Source: Macrostomum hystrix (taxonomy: Eukaryota > Animalia > Platyhelminthes). From it: a stretch of DNA of 64,000 nucleotides. A model generated the notes under the pieces. The model was not told where the DNA came from. It made no database searches and worked only from the letters and a program-made list of their open reading frames with translations. Position 1 is the stretch's first letter, and each line of letters opens with the position of its first letter. The DNA is taken from the NCBI GenBank assembly GCA_950097015.1, contig CATNEN010000039.1, positions 4,278,001-4,342,000 of the forward strand, given 5' to 3'. This document shows, one piece after another, positions 1-11,180 of the stretch. Position numbers and translations under genes: made by a program.

Positions 1-838
1 CCTGCGCTGCTACGACATCGTCAGCGGCCAGCGTCAGCAGCTGCAGAAAGACTTGGCCCAGCTAGCCGACATTCATCGAGTTCAAGTGACCAAAATCGGC
101 GACTTTGGTCTTCTACTGGTGGTTCAACGCTGCGCCAACAGTCTTCGAGCTTACAAACTGCCGCACGGCAGTCTATTGTGGAAGCTCGACAGTGTCGACA
201 CAGTTCCAGAACCGACTGACGCTGCTGCGTGGAAAAGTAACCATAGACTGGCAGTCTGTGTAGCGTGCCCAACAGCCGATTGTGTTCTGCTGGCGGCTTG
301 TGGGCCGGACTTGACACCAGCGTGCTGGCGCAAACAGACTGGCTCCTCTGCTGGGTTCAAGCAGCCCGCTAGCTTGGCCTGGTGCGAATCTGCCAGCTTG
401 ATGGCGGTGGCCTCTTTAACTGATGCAGCCACCCCTGGCGTTATCGTTCTCTGCGGCGTCGATTGCAGTGCTCGAGGAGAGCCTCTGTCTCTTACTCCGA
501 TTAGGCGACTGACGTTCAACGCGTTGAAATCTTCTGGAATCCCTGACCAGCCATCCGCGACAATCTTTACTAGGCTGATGACCGCCTATCGGAATGGCGA
601 TCTCCTTGTGCCCGCATTGCGTTTTCACGATGAAGCCTGTACTTTGCTGCACATTAGAATCACCAGCACTAACTCATCTACTGTCAGCATTGTCAAGGAC
701 GCAAGCTTTGTGATTGGCTCAGTGACTTACCCGGCTGCCCTGTGCGCCAGCTCGCCTGCAGATGGCCATCAGGGAATTGTTGCACTCTGCGATGCCGCTG
801 ATTCAACTGTGTTGGTCGTTGAGGGTAAAGACTGCTAA
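1..838 (+). CDS. G1: 3' part of a coiled-coil/beta-propeller family gene (5' end outside window); divergent propeller domain
   Basis: The frame of ORF 53..838 is open back to base 2 (LRCYDIVSGQ...). It carries family motifs such as HRVQV..GLLLVVQ, FKQPASLAWCES (cf. P.RLAW in paralogs) and a terminal VALCD...VLVV. Confidence 0.6.
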   Translation, partial: LRCYDIVSGQRQQLQKDLAQLADIHRVQVTKIGDFGLLLVVQRCANSLRAYKLPHGSLLWKLDSVDTVPEPTDAAAWKSNHRLAVCVACPTADCVLLAACGPDLTPACWRKQTGSSAGFKQPASLAWCESASLMAVASLTDAATPGVIVLCGVDCSARGEPLSLTPIRRLTFNALKSSGIPDQPSATIFTRLMTAYRNGDLLVPALRFHDEACTLLHIRITSTNSSTVSIVKDASFVIGSVTYPAALCASSPADGHQGIVALCDAADSTVLVVEGKDC

Positions 839-1684
839 AGCGAAAGTGCAGAGGCCGCTGATTCAACAGTGTTGGTAATTGGGGGTCCGGACTGCTATTG
901 TGAGTTTCATTTTCATTTTCATATCTGTTTTTCATTCTCCGATGCCGATATAATTTTTCCTATTCTGAACGTGTATTTTCCATAAATTGTTTTCAACGTT
1001 GTCGTACGAATTTGGCTATTATTCCATAGCATTGAAGCCCTCTATTTTTTCAGTTCATTTTCTGATATAATTTTTACGTTTATTGGTGGTAGTTATTTAC
1101 AATTCTATATTGAACTTTAATTTAAAAATAGATTTCTTGCAAAAACAATTGCCTTACCAAATCACTGTTTCCTTTACTTTCATTACTTTGTCCGCATTGC
1201 ATTTTCAATATGTAACAATATATAACACTTCTAAAGCTTTCAAATTGCCCGTCGTTTTATAGTAGCTCGTACTGCCTTCATACTCTAGGCTTCGTACTGG
1301 TCTCGTATTGTTGTTAGTTGTCATCTATTTTCCATTAATAAAGTTTGTATTTCTAAATATACTCGTTGTTGTTCCACCTAGTGGGAAAGCATAGTTCTCT
1401 TAAAATAAAAAAGTAAAAGCGTGAGATGCAGCATTTTCTTGTGTCATGCATTTAACATGTTTAGTACTTGGACTAGTGTACAATCCCTAGTTTCTTGGTT
1501 TTTCAGAACTCGTCTTCCATACTAGACAGGTTAAAGAATTGTTACTATTTAAATTTAGTAGATATAAAAATATATAATTTAGCTTCCTTGCATTTCTTCT
1601 TTATTTAGGCTGCGTACGCTTTAGTTTAGGTGTAATAATCCTTCAAGAGTTACGTTTCGGCACCTACATACTACACTGTTTCAG

Positions 1685-4600
1685 TCCGGTGCCTCAGACC
1701 GGCAGAAAGCGCGCCAAGCGCTTCAACTGGATGTCCAGCGAAAGTTGGACGCCGCCAAGTCACTGCTGACGTTTATGGGGCCTGAGCCCTCGCCGCCCGA
1801 CGACTTGTTTGACCACCTGATTTTGGCTCTCGAGCGACGTCGGGCTGCTGTTAATTTAGAGCTGAAAAGCTGGCAGCAGAGACGGAACCGACTGCGGGAA
1901 GCTGTGCTGCAGGCCTCTGAAGCTGAGCAGTCAACCTGTTCGATCGCTCAGCTTGCATCTATTGAAGCAGGGCTAGGTGCTACTATTAACGAAGTAGTTA
2001 GTGATTCTGGGTGCATCACACGTGGACACTGGAACACTGCTGATGTGGAAGAAAAGGTGGAACGACTCTTCCAGGCTTTGGCAGTCTGCTGGGAGAATGT
2101 GCAAGTTGGCGACCATATTTTTCGTTACAAGCCGATACGAGGCAACGAAGATAATGCAAATGTACCACTGGAACCTGCAAGCAAGCTTGCTGGTTTAACT
2201 GAAATCACGACACCTCTTTGTAGTGAAAAGGAAGATGCAGTTGTCGGTTTTCAAGACATCTGTGTCTCGAGGAATTCCGCTGAGTCAGATCTGCTGCTCA
2301 ATAATCCTTGTGAGCATGCTCCCAAGAAGATGGGACGTCATTGTGATAATCCTCCCATCTCGAGCGACCTCAATCTGCTTAACAATATTAGTAGAGGTTC
2401 TTCTAACTATTTTTCGGGCTTAGCATGCGCTCATCGACGATTTGCAAGCTTTGAACTGCTTGATGAAAAAACTATGGAAAAATCATTGGCTGAATTTACC
2501 GACATTTCTTGTGACTCAGCTGCTCCGAAGTCCTTCGAAAACACCAGTGATTTGTCGGGAGACACCGGTAGTCTTCTAATCGAAAACTTACGACCGAGCG
2601 CTGACATGCAAAAGGCCTCTCCGCGTCTATCTCAGACAGAAGAGTCGGATCCCGGATTCTCGCAGTCTGCAGCAGCCCAGACTTGGCGTTGTTCTCGACA
2701 ATACAGTGTACAAGACTCTGACTCTCGGACTGAAAAGAAAGGTGATCAGACTAGTGATGTTGAAAGCTTCGGGTATCAAAGTGACACTCAAGGCTTTATT
2801 AGTAAGCAAGAATTCCGCTGTCGGAATCCAGTTTCAGTAACTTATTTGAAGAAGAAATTTTATGTCGTAGAAATACAATCGCCGACTTCTCAAAAGATCT
2901 TTGTTTATACTAAATCGGGAAGTGCTCTCGGTGCCTTTGTCCTAAAACAATCGGACGACAGGCAAGTAGTCTGCAGCCCAAGCTTTGTCCGTTCCTGCCA
3001 GGTAAAGCAATGGGTTATAATAGTGGACCAATCGCACGACAGAATCATTTGCGCCCGACCAAACGGCGTAGTCGATGCTATTATCGATACGCAATCTGGC
3101 TTGCAAGACGCGATCAGCACTGGAATCCATCTGATTGCATGCTTTCCATTAAGTGGCATATTTATATCTTCGATTGACAATCCCAAACAGTTGTCAAAAG
3201 TCGAGATAACATGCGCTCCTAATCCAAATTTTTCAGTTCGACTTGCATGGTGTGATATTAATAAAACATTGCTTATTACAGATGTTGATGAGGCAAATAC
3301 AGATATGTATCGAATTCGAGCTTTTAAGCTGTTTGGCCAGTGTCTACACTTGCAGGATCGTCCAAGTTTGACTGTTAATTCAACTGTCATTCCAAGTGTT
3401 TTGATCCAAGACGACCAGCTGGTAGTCGGTAGAATGTGTGGCACAACGGCCATTTTCAGTTGGCTATCTTCCTTTTCAACATCACTATCTGATCAGTACG
3501 ATAGTCTTGATATTGAATGTTTCCAACGCTTGCCGACTCCCATGGACATTACGTGGATGTCTAGCGAAACTGGCTCACTAGCGGCATGCAAGAGTACTGG
3601 CTCTATTGTTGTTCTCACTAACCGGTAAGTAAAACCTTGCGATTGTCTATTGCCTTCCAATAAGTCACTTTCCCTTGACTTCCAACTAGCTTCCAACTTC
3701 CAAATAAAGTTCAGCTTATATATAAATTCCTAATTTCAGAAGCCCGAATCACCACAACGTCGCTAGTGCTTCAGTCACCGTTGCTGATTGCAATGATCTT
3801 GAAGATCCATCTCTAGACACTGATGCCAAGCAAAATTTAGACGATTCGAGCTTAGCGAAAGCAAATCCAGCGACATCCACTAACGAGTGTCGCACTCAAA
3901 TTGTCTGTCTGGGTAATGATTCCCTTGTAGAAATAGTTTCTGATTCTCTTATTGAGGAAACTCATGCTACTAGTGGGAATAATGCCAACAGTTTAAGTGC
4001 GATTTCGTCCTTCCATAATGCATCATCCGTGGATTTCGTCTGTCTTAGTGAATATTCTGTTATACAGATGGTAACAGAATCACTTGTCGAGACGCCATCG
4101 ATTGGGGATTCTGATATTGGTGCTAGCACTGTTGTTGAATCTGTAAAGCATAATATTTTTCAAAGCGATAGTGTTTATCAGCTATTCCAGACAAATAAGC
4201 CAAAGTCAGCTGCTGTATTTTCAAATCATGTTTATGTCGCAAATTTACCAGATCAAGGCTGCTTAAGCAAATACAGCTTGTCGGGTGAATATTTAAGCTC
4301 TATTTGTCTGGACAAGCCCGACAATGAGACAAAGCCAACCTACACTTACCGAATAAGAGTTTGCACTAAAAAACAATGGATTATGCTCACTAATCACTGT
4401 AGAAAGGTTGTACTTTGTGTTAATTCAGAAGGTCGATTACTTCAATCTATAAAAATGCCGAAAGGTGGTTTTGAAGACATCGTTTGTACTAATCGTCAGC
4501 TCGTTGTCTGCACTCCTGGTAAGATTTTCACGACTATGTTAGATGATTTGGAGGATGTCAAGCAATGTTCCACATCGTCTAAATTTATATATCCTGTGCG

Positions 4601-4991
4601 AATGGCATGGTCCAGCGAAACCGAAACACTTCTTATCGTTGATCGAATTTCTGCCGATTCCACTGAGTATCAAATATGTGCTTTCAACATATCCGGACTT
4701 CAGCTAGTGCCTCTGTTAGCGCCTTGTTTGACTATCAAGTCCTCAATTATTCCGAACGTCCTGCTTAACTCTGAGGTCATGATACTTGTGCTGGTTTCCG
4801 GTTCGGACTGCATAATTAGCTGGCTGCCTTCCAATGCGACTTCTTTCGCTGCTGAGCTTTGCCGCATTTTAGTTCACGATATTATTCCTCGCGACATGTG
4901 TTGGCTTCCTCCAGAGTTAAGCGGCTACGGTGAGGCCATCATTTGCAACGCTAGCGGATCTGTTCTAGCTGTTCGTCGGCCGCCTGTTTGA
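1685..4991 (+). CDS. G2: coiled-coil + two tandem beta-propeller-like domains; exons 1685-3624 and 3740-4991 (start codon or upstream exon unresolved; first in-frame ATG 1775)
   Basis: The frame is open from the tttcag acceptor at 1684. Donor CG|GTAAGT at 3624/3625 and acceptor tttcag|A at 3739/3740 join ORF 1745..3628 in frame to ORF 4029..4991. Both halves carry the D(A/I)xxT, RLAW/RMAW, IPxV and DxxW motifs. The N-terminus FMGPEP..PDDLFD..LERRR is shared with G3 and G4. Confidence 0.75.
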
Positions 4992-5176
4992 AACTTTCAG
5001 GTCATAATTTATTTTCCTTATGATTTTAGCTTTACTCTTATATTCCTTTCTTAATTTGATATTTGAAGAATTTGGTTGGTGACTTCTATGTGTATATTGT
5101 CATGTGTCTTTGTCCTCCCTTTTCTTATTCGTGCTTGCCGGTGCTTTCGTCGGCGCTGCTCACTTAACTCTTATTT

Positions 5177-5535
5177 AAGGGGGTCAGTGGCAGAGCGGTT
5201 AACGCGTTTGCCTCTCGCACCAATATCCCTAAGCTCGATTCCGCGGCGCGGCCCATTCATTTGGGGCGCAACCGCTGATTGAAGGTTGGGGGGGGCTTGT
5301 CGCGCAATTTACGCCCTTTAGGACCAACCCCCAAGGCACACTACGAGTGCACACTGTCTGACGATGAGAAAGTCAGGGCAGATATACACATCTGTGTGTG
5401 CCTGTGTGCATGAGTACGTGTGTGCTCAGAAGTAAGCGGAATAGGCAGAATTGCCTCCTCGCTGGCTGACGGTCTAGTGTCACCAAATGACGTGCCATCG
5501 ACCACAGCCCTCCTGCAACTAATAATAATGTTTTA
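5177..5535 (+). mobile_element. tRNA-derived SINE family A, full-length copy
   Basis: Pol III A-box-like TGGCAGAGCGG and B-box-like GCTCGATTCC; (AAT)n tail; 13-bp TSD ttaactcttattt at 5164-5176 and 5536-5548; homologous to seven other copies in the window. Confidence 0.85.
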
Positions 5536-6236
5536 TTAACTCTTATTTTATTCGTTCTTACAATGTTTAGCTTTATTTAGTTTTTTAAGAATCAAATTTG
5601 CCATTTTATTTACATTTCTGCATATTAGGTAAATCTGGAACCAGATTTTACTCATTCCCATGAATGTTTACTGTTTTTGGATTATAAATGATTATCGATT
5701 ATAAATGATTTTAAAGCTCCAACATACGAATATGTGTTATCTGGATATATTTTATGTGCTTTGCTCGCTTAATCCGCGATTGCATGACAATCATGGACTA
5801 AGAATTTATCGGGAGTAAATAAGCACGTAGTAAATAAGCTTTTGTCTATATTGCATGGTACTTTTCTGTCAATGTTTTGGAATGTTAAATTGACAAAAAA
5901 AATTTTCCCTTAACTTACTTTTTCGTGCTCAAAATGATAATATTTTTGTGAAAATACAATAGTACATTACCATTATCGTACGTCGAAATGTATTAAAAAA
6001 ATAGACAAATTACTTTTTTGCTTTTTTTCCAGTTGGCCATAGCCGCGGATTCAAACAAATGTTTTCGTAATTAAAGTGCCTTATCTAGTTTAAGTATTAA
6101 CTTTTTCTTTCATGAGAAAAAATAAGGAACAGTTGTTTTACATTGCAAGAAAAGTAAAAAAAATTATATCATACATTTCTTCGCCGAATACTCTGCTTTT
6201 TTAAAACACTCATAAAAATGCACTTTTACTACAAAA

Positions 6237-7688
6237 ATGCAGCACGAAACCTTTGAGATGAGCAAGGACCAGCAGCTCAGCAGCAAAGCGAAAGTAGAGT
6301 TGGAGCAGTCTATATCCGAAAAATACGACAAAGCCAATCACCTGCTGGAGTTGATGGGGCCAGAACCAGCGATGCCTGATGACTTCTTTGACCAACTTGT
6401 CATTGCTGTGGAACGGAGGCGCGCTGTGGTGACGCGGGAGCTGGCGGAATGGAGGCGAAGGAGGCATCAGCTGCAAGAAATTGTTCGCCAAGTTTCTGAG
6501 GCCGATCATTCTAGCTGGCCTGTTGCTCAGCTATGCTGCGTTGAGGCTGAATTAGACGCTTTGATTGACAGTAATAAAAACCTAACCCAAAGAGGAATCT
6601 GGGATACAAATGATATAGAAGTAAAGATTGAGCAGCTGTTAGAAACTCTTCGATTCCGTCGGCAAATGTCTGACCCAGTTAGCGAGTCATCATGCGCTAC
6701 ACCAACGCCAGAATCATCTGCACAAAATCATCCTGGCTGTGAAGGAATGCAACAGAGTCGAAAAAGTTCTTTATGTTCGTCTTTACCGAGTAGCGACTTG
6801 GTTGCGGAAGATACATCTACAGCACAAACAACAGCTGTAGAAACAATCGGGAGTATCTCTGAGTCTGGTGAAATTCAAGAGTTGTTTACCTGTAACTGGG
6901 TACCAGTGTCTGGCGCTTTTGTTTCAAATAGAATATTCGTCCTTGAAGTCAGTCTAAAGAAGCGCATAAGCTATTTTAGTCTAACAGGTCAGAGGCTCGG
7001 TACATTGAGTTTAAATCCATCGTCGACAACATTTAATCCGTACCGAATTCGCTATTGCCCAGCTATGGATAAGCTTCTCGTTGTGGATCAGTACAATCAG
7101 TGCGTATGGATTGCGATGGTGTGTGGCCAACTTGTGAATAAGATAGGCGTACCAAACGGCCAGCTGCATGATGCCATTAGCACTGGGCGGCAATTAGTTA
7201 TGTGCTGCCCAAAACAACGCGTATTTTCTGTAAGCTTGGATGATTTATCAAGTGTCAAAGAATGCAAATGCGATGTGCGGCTTGTATACCCGATTCGACT
7301 TGCATGGTGCTCTGATTCAAAAGTTCTAATTATTGTTGATCGAGAGACAACAAACAGATATCGCATTCAAGGTTATAAACTCACGAAAAATCTGCTCACT
7401 GCATTAGCGGCTCCTTGTGTTGTACTAACATCAACAGTGATACCAATTGTTCTATTGAATTATCGAGTAATTATTGTGTCCTGGGTTCTCAACTCAGAAA
7501 CCATTGTTAGTTGGTTTCCAGCTCATGCTACATCGATGTCTAGCGAAATTTGCAGAGTCGTCTCAAAAAAAATAGATCCTATGGACATGTTCTGGATTCC
7601 CGCTGATATGAGAAGTGAGCATGGTGAGGCGGTTATTTGCGACAGAAGAGGGTCTATCGTGAGCATGCGTCGTCCTTCAGTCAGATGA
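6237..7688 (+). CDS. G3: single-exon coiled-coil + beta-propeller family protein (483 aa)
   Basis: Uninterrupted ORF with the LMGPEPAMPDDFFD..VERRR N-terminus and a propeller closely similar to both G2 propellers (YPIRLAWCSD, STVIPIVLL, PMDMFW, HGEAVICD). Confidence 0.85.
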   Translation: MQHETFEMSKDQQLSSKAKVELEQSISEKYDKANHLLELMGPEPAMPDDFFDQLVIAVERRRAVVTRELAEWRRRRHQLQEIVRQVSEADHSSWPVAQLCCVEAELDALIDSNKNLTQRGIWDTNDIEVKIEQLLETLRFRRQMSDPVSESSCATPTPESSAQNHPGCEGMQQSRKSSLCSSLPSSDLVAEDTSTAQTTAVETIGSISESGEIQELFTCNWVPVSGAFVSNRIFVLEVSLKKRISYFSLTGQRLGTLSLNPSSTTFNPYRIRYCPAMDKLLVVDQYNQCVWIAMVCGQLVNKIGVPNGQLHDAISTGRQLVMCCPKQRVFSVSLDDLSSVKECKCDVRLVYPIRLAWCSDSKVLIIVDRETTNRYRIQGYKLTKNLLTALAAPCVVLTSTVIPIVLLNYRVIIVSWVLNSETIVSWFPAHATSMSSEICRVVSKKIDPMDMFWIPADMRSEHGEAVICDRRGSIVSMRRPSVR

Positions 7689-7852
7689 GGCATTAACGAA
7701 TGCTCATAAGCTGAACTGATGAGGCATTAACGAATGCTCATAAGCTGAACTGATGAGGCATTAACGAATGCTCATAAGCTGAACTGATGAGGCATTAACG
7801 AATGCTCATAAGCTGAACTGATGAGGCATTAACGAATGCTCATAAGCTGAAC
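7684..7852. repeat. 34-bp tandem repeat x5 beginning at the G3 stop codon
   Basis: Unit gatgaggcattaacgaatgctcataagctgaact repeated five times, essentially perfectly. Confidence 0.95.
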
Positions 7853-8696
7853 AACCAAACATAAATTCGCTTTCTGCTTTAAATGTTTTCTGCTGTTATA
7901 AAATTTTTGCTTCTATTTTAACGTACGAGTACTTAAAGCTTCCTTGTACCATAAAATGCTCTGTTACAAGTCCTTAGCTCGAATTACTTTTACTAAAAAA
8001 CACAAACTAGCACGAGTAAATGATGGTAGAATGCGAAAGCGTTCTTGCAGCTAGTCCAAGTAGATTAAGTACCTAGCACGCTAGACTTACGAAAGAAAAA
8101 AACGGCCTCTATAATGGATAGAAATTCTCAAAGCCCTGCATGGAGCAACAAAAATTTTATGCACAAAAAAGCTTAAAAAACGCGTAAATAAGAACATTTT
8201 TATCCTTTTTTAGTTATAGTTTCTTTTTTCGATATAGTGCTGGTTTTATAATATTTTTTTATAAAAATAAAAGCAAAAAGTGTAAGTGAAGCGTCAATGG
8301 TTTTTCAGATTTCGTGTTATTTTCGCGTGGTTTCGCATAATAATTATGTACAATGGCTAATTATGCCATGTATAATTATCAATGGCTTCTGTTTTCGAAC
8401 AAACTTTATGTGTTTCTTCTTTTTTAGGCTTCTAATTTCATGTGACTGAATTACAAAGTTTCAGGTTTCTGATACGGTGACTCGATTTATTCTCTTTTTC
8501 TAAAGGCTTGCTTACTTTTTACAAACTAACAAATCTTGTGCTCTTCGTCTTTGTTTAGCTGTCCATAAGTTTAATTTCGAAAAAAACCTAGGCATTTTTA
8601 TTCGTGCCTGTTTTGTAAAATTCCGGCTTTCCCTTTTAAAGTACAAAACCTCGGATTTTGCAGCGACGACTAAATCTATAAAGTGGCGACATCAGA

Positions 8697-10344
8697 ATGG
8701 CATCAAAGTTCACCGGCATTGGCACCTCCGCCGAGCTAATTGAGTCTGTGCGTTGTAAAGCTGAGCAGGCCTCCCAACTGTTGGAGTTCATGGGGCCCGA
8801 GCCTGCGCCACCTGAAGACTTGTTTGACCGCCTGATTGTGTCCCTCGAGCGGCGTCGTGCCGCTGTTGGCTTGGAGCTAAAAAACTGGCAGCAGAGGCGG
8901 AACCGGTTGCGGGAAGCTGTGCTGCAGGCCTCTGAAGCTGAGCAGTTAACGATTAGCGAGCTGTGTCGCATGGAAGCTAATCTGGATGCCGCAATTGAGA
9001 CTTGTGCAGACGGCAAGCCGCCTGGATTCTGGGATTCTAGCGATGTTAAGGAGAAATTTGATCAACTATTGCAAGTGCTGAAAATTAAATGGGAAAGCGC
9101 TCATGCTTTCAATGAACGCTCATCTGGTTTCGACTTGGAAGTCTCTGGCGCAGATTCTGAAAAGCTATCGGCTTCTATTGACGATTCAAGACTTCCCGAA
9201 GTCACAGATAGTTCTTTTTCAGCTTTCGCTGAAAACTCAAGCTCTGTTTGTAGCTCACTGCAGGATAACGAAATGCTTGGTTCAAGAGAAACAGCATCAA
9301 TGGCATCCGATGTTTCGAGTAATTGCCTTGTTAACGCGACTGAAGAGAAGTGCCAGCTAGACAAAGCGGCGGTTTTTCTACAGCTTGAAAATGTGTCTAG
9401 CGTTTCGTCAGTAGCATTCTGCTGGGAGTCATACTTTTGTGTGGACCACCTGCGCCAGAAAGTTTGTCAGCGCACTTTAAATGGGAAAATTCTGCCCGCT
9501 GAAACAAACGAGTCAAGTCCGGGTCCTTGGACTTCTATGAAAGGCACTTCCCAGCCAATGTCCTTGATTCCTCATGTTGTTCGGCCATGCACCAGCAAGA
9601 GTTGTTTGTTGATTCTTGATCACCACAACTGCAAGGTTGTTCTGACTAACCGGGACGGGACGAGTTGTCTTATTATTGGACCTAGATTCAGTGTAAAGTG
9701 AGTAATTGTTCATCCTATATGTTGTTCTTCGATTTTTTACTGCTATTTACTACTATACTAACTTTTGTTGTTATTGCAGCTACGATCTAAAAAGCCCTGA
9801 GGACGCAATAGAGGCTGGTGATGTTCTAGCTATCGTCTCTACAAAACACGGCCTTTATCTTGTGTCCCTAAGCCGAAGCAAAGACTGCAAGGCGTCACTC
9901 TCTAAGCAGTCGTTGAGGCTTCTGTCCCCTGCCCGACTGGCCTGGGACTCCGAAAAGAGGTTGCTAGTTGTTCTCGACAAAGTAGCTACTGCTACCTATA
10001 AAATATTTCTGTTCAAAATATCTGTTAGTCTAATGACGATCTCTTTAGTGCCGACTCCAGGCAATTTCAGTATCGAGTTGACGTCAGCTTGTACGCCAAG
10101 TGTGATCGCTCATTCAGGTCGAGTGATTGTTTGCCTGCAGTCTGCCGCTGGCTCAAGTGAGTTAACCAGCCTTCCTTTGGTTTCCAATTTGAGGTCAAGC
10201 GAAAAGCGCCAACTAAGTCTCGGAGCCGGCCATTCCAAGACGGTGCCAGTTGTTGATATTTGCTGGCTGAATGACAGGGCCTCGATTGCTGTCTGCTACG
10301 CTGATGGCTTCGTTGAAGTTGTCGATAGAGCCAGCTTGCTTTGA
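8697..10344 (+). CDS. G4: coiled-coil + beta-propeller family protein; exons 8697-9697 and 9780-10344 (~521 aa)
   Basis: Phase-2 intron AA|GTGAGT...ttgcag|C joins ORFs 8697..9701 and 9706..10344 (GPRFSV-N-YDLKSPEDA); same intron position as G5, G6, G7 and G9. Confidence 0.85.
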
Positions 10345-11180
10345 ATCGCTTTCCACAACAAAGTTCCAAAGTTTATCCAAATACCTTGGTGCCAAAGTTA
10401 GTCTGCGCCTAAAACTGTGTTGTTTGTAGTTGTTATACTAAATGGAGATAACAAGGTGATACTGCATGATAATGTATCTGTTGGATCTTTTATCCTTAAA
10501 TTTCCTAAACTCTTGTAAACAGTGTGTAGTTTTTTTACAAATCAATAGAATATGCAGACATTTCAGTTTTTCTGTTTTAACTATCTAAATTCCCCTTATT
10601 GTGTGGGTGACTTATGACTTTAAGTGATTCAACACTTACATTTTTATACATTTTTTTACTTGCGCGAGTACCCCTAATTTGTTGATCCAATACGTACGCT
10701 TGATTAGAACTTTTTATCATTGGCACCACAGATATTCATATTTTATTGTTTCAAATTTTTTTAGTGTGACATTTTTTAAAATATACTCCTGCTCTTTTTT
10801 CTTCTGCCGATAAGAAAGATACAAGGGATATGACTTGCTTAACTTCATTTTAGCACACCATGGTACAATAACCATCATAGCCTATAACCTTAATATCAAT
10901 TAACAATGAAAAATTTAATTTTTTTTTTGACAGAAATGCTTATCTAGATAACAATATTGAAGAATAGATAAGACATCAAGCTAAAAGATTCGAACCCAAG
11001 ACCTCTCGCTAAAAAATCGGAAGCTCTAGGCATTCGGCTAAAAGCTTTATAGTTTAATTACAATAATACTATTTTGAGACCTAATATAATTTTGTATGAT
11101 GCGTGTAACTAAATGGTGATTCTTATGATCGCCGAGTTTTCAGTCGCAACAGCTGCAAGCATTGAAGTCCGCTCCTCAAG

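Noticed and set aside
7684-7852. CRISPR array or hammerhead ribozyme (CTGATGA + stem)
   Set aside because: Units are contiguous with no spacers and the context is eukaryotic; no GAAA follows the stem, and CTGATGA arises only at repeat junctions.
10985-11042. tRNA-like B-box remnants on the minus strand (also ~24995)
   Set aside because: No cloverleaf; at most decayed SINE heads.
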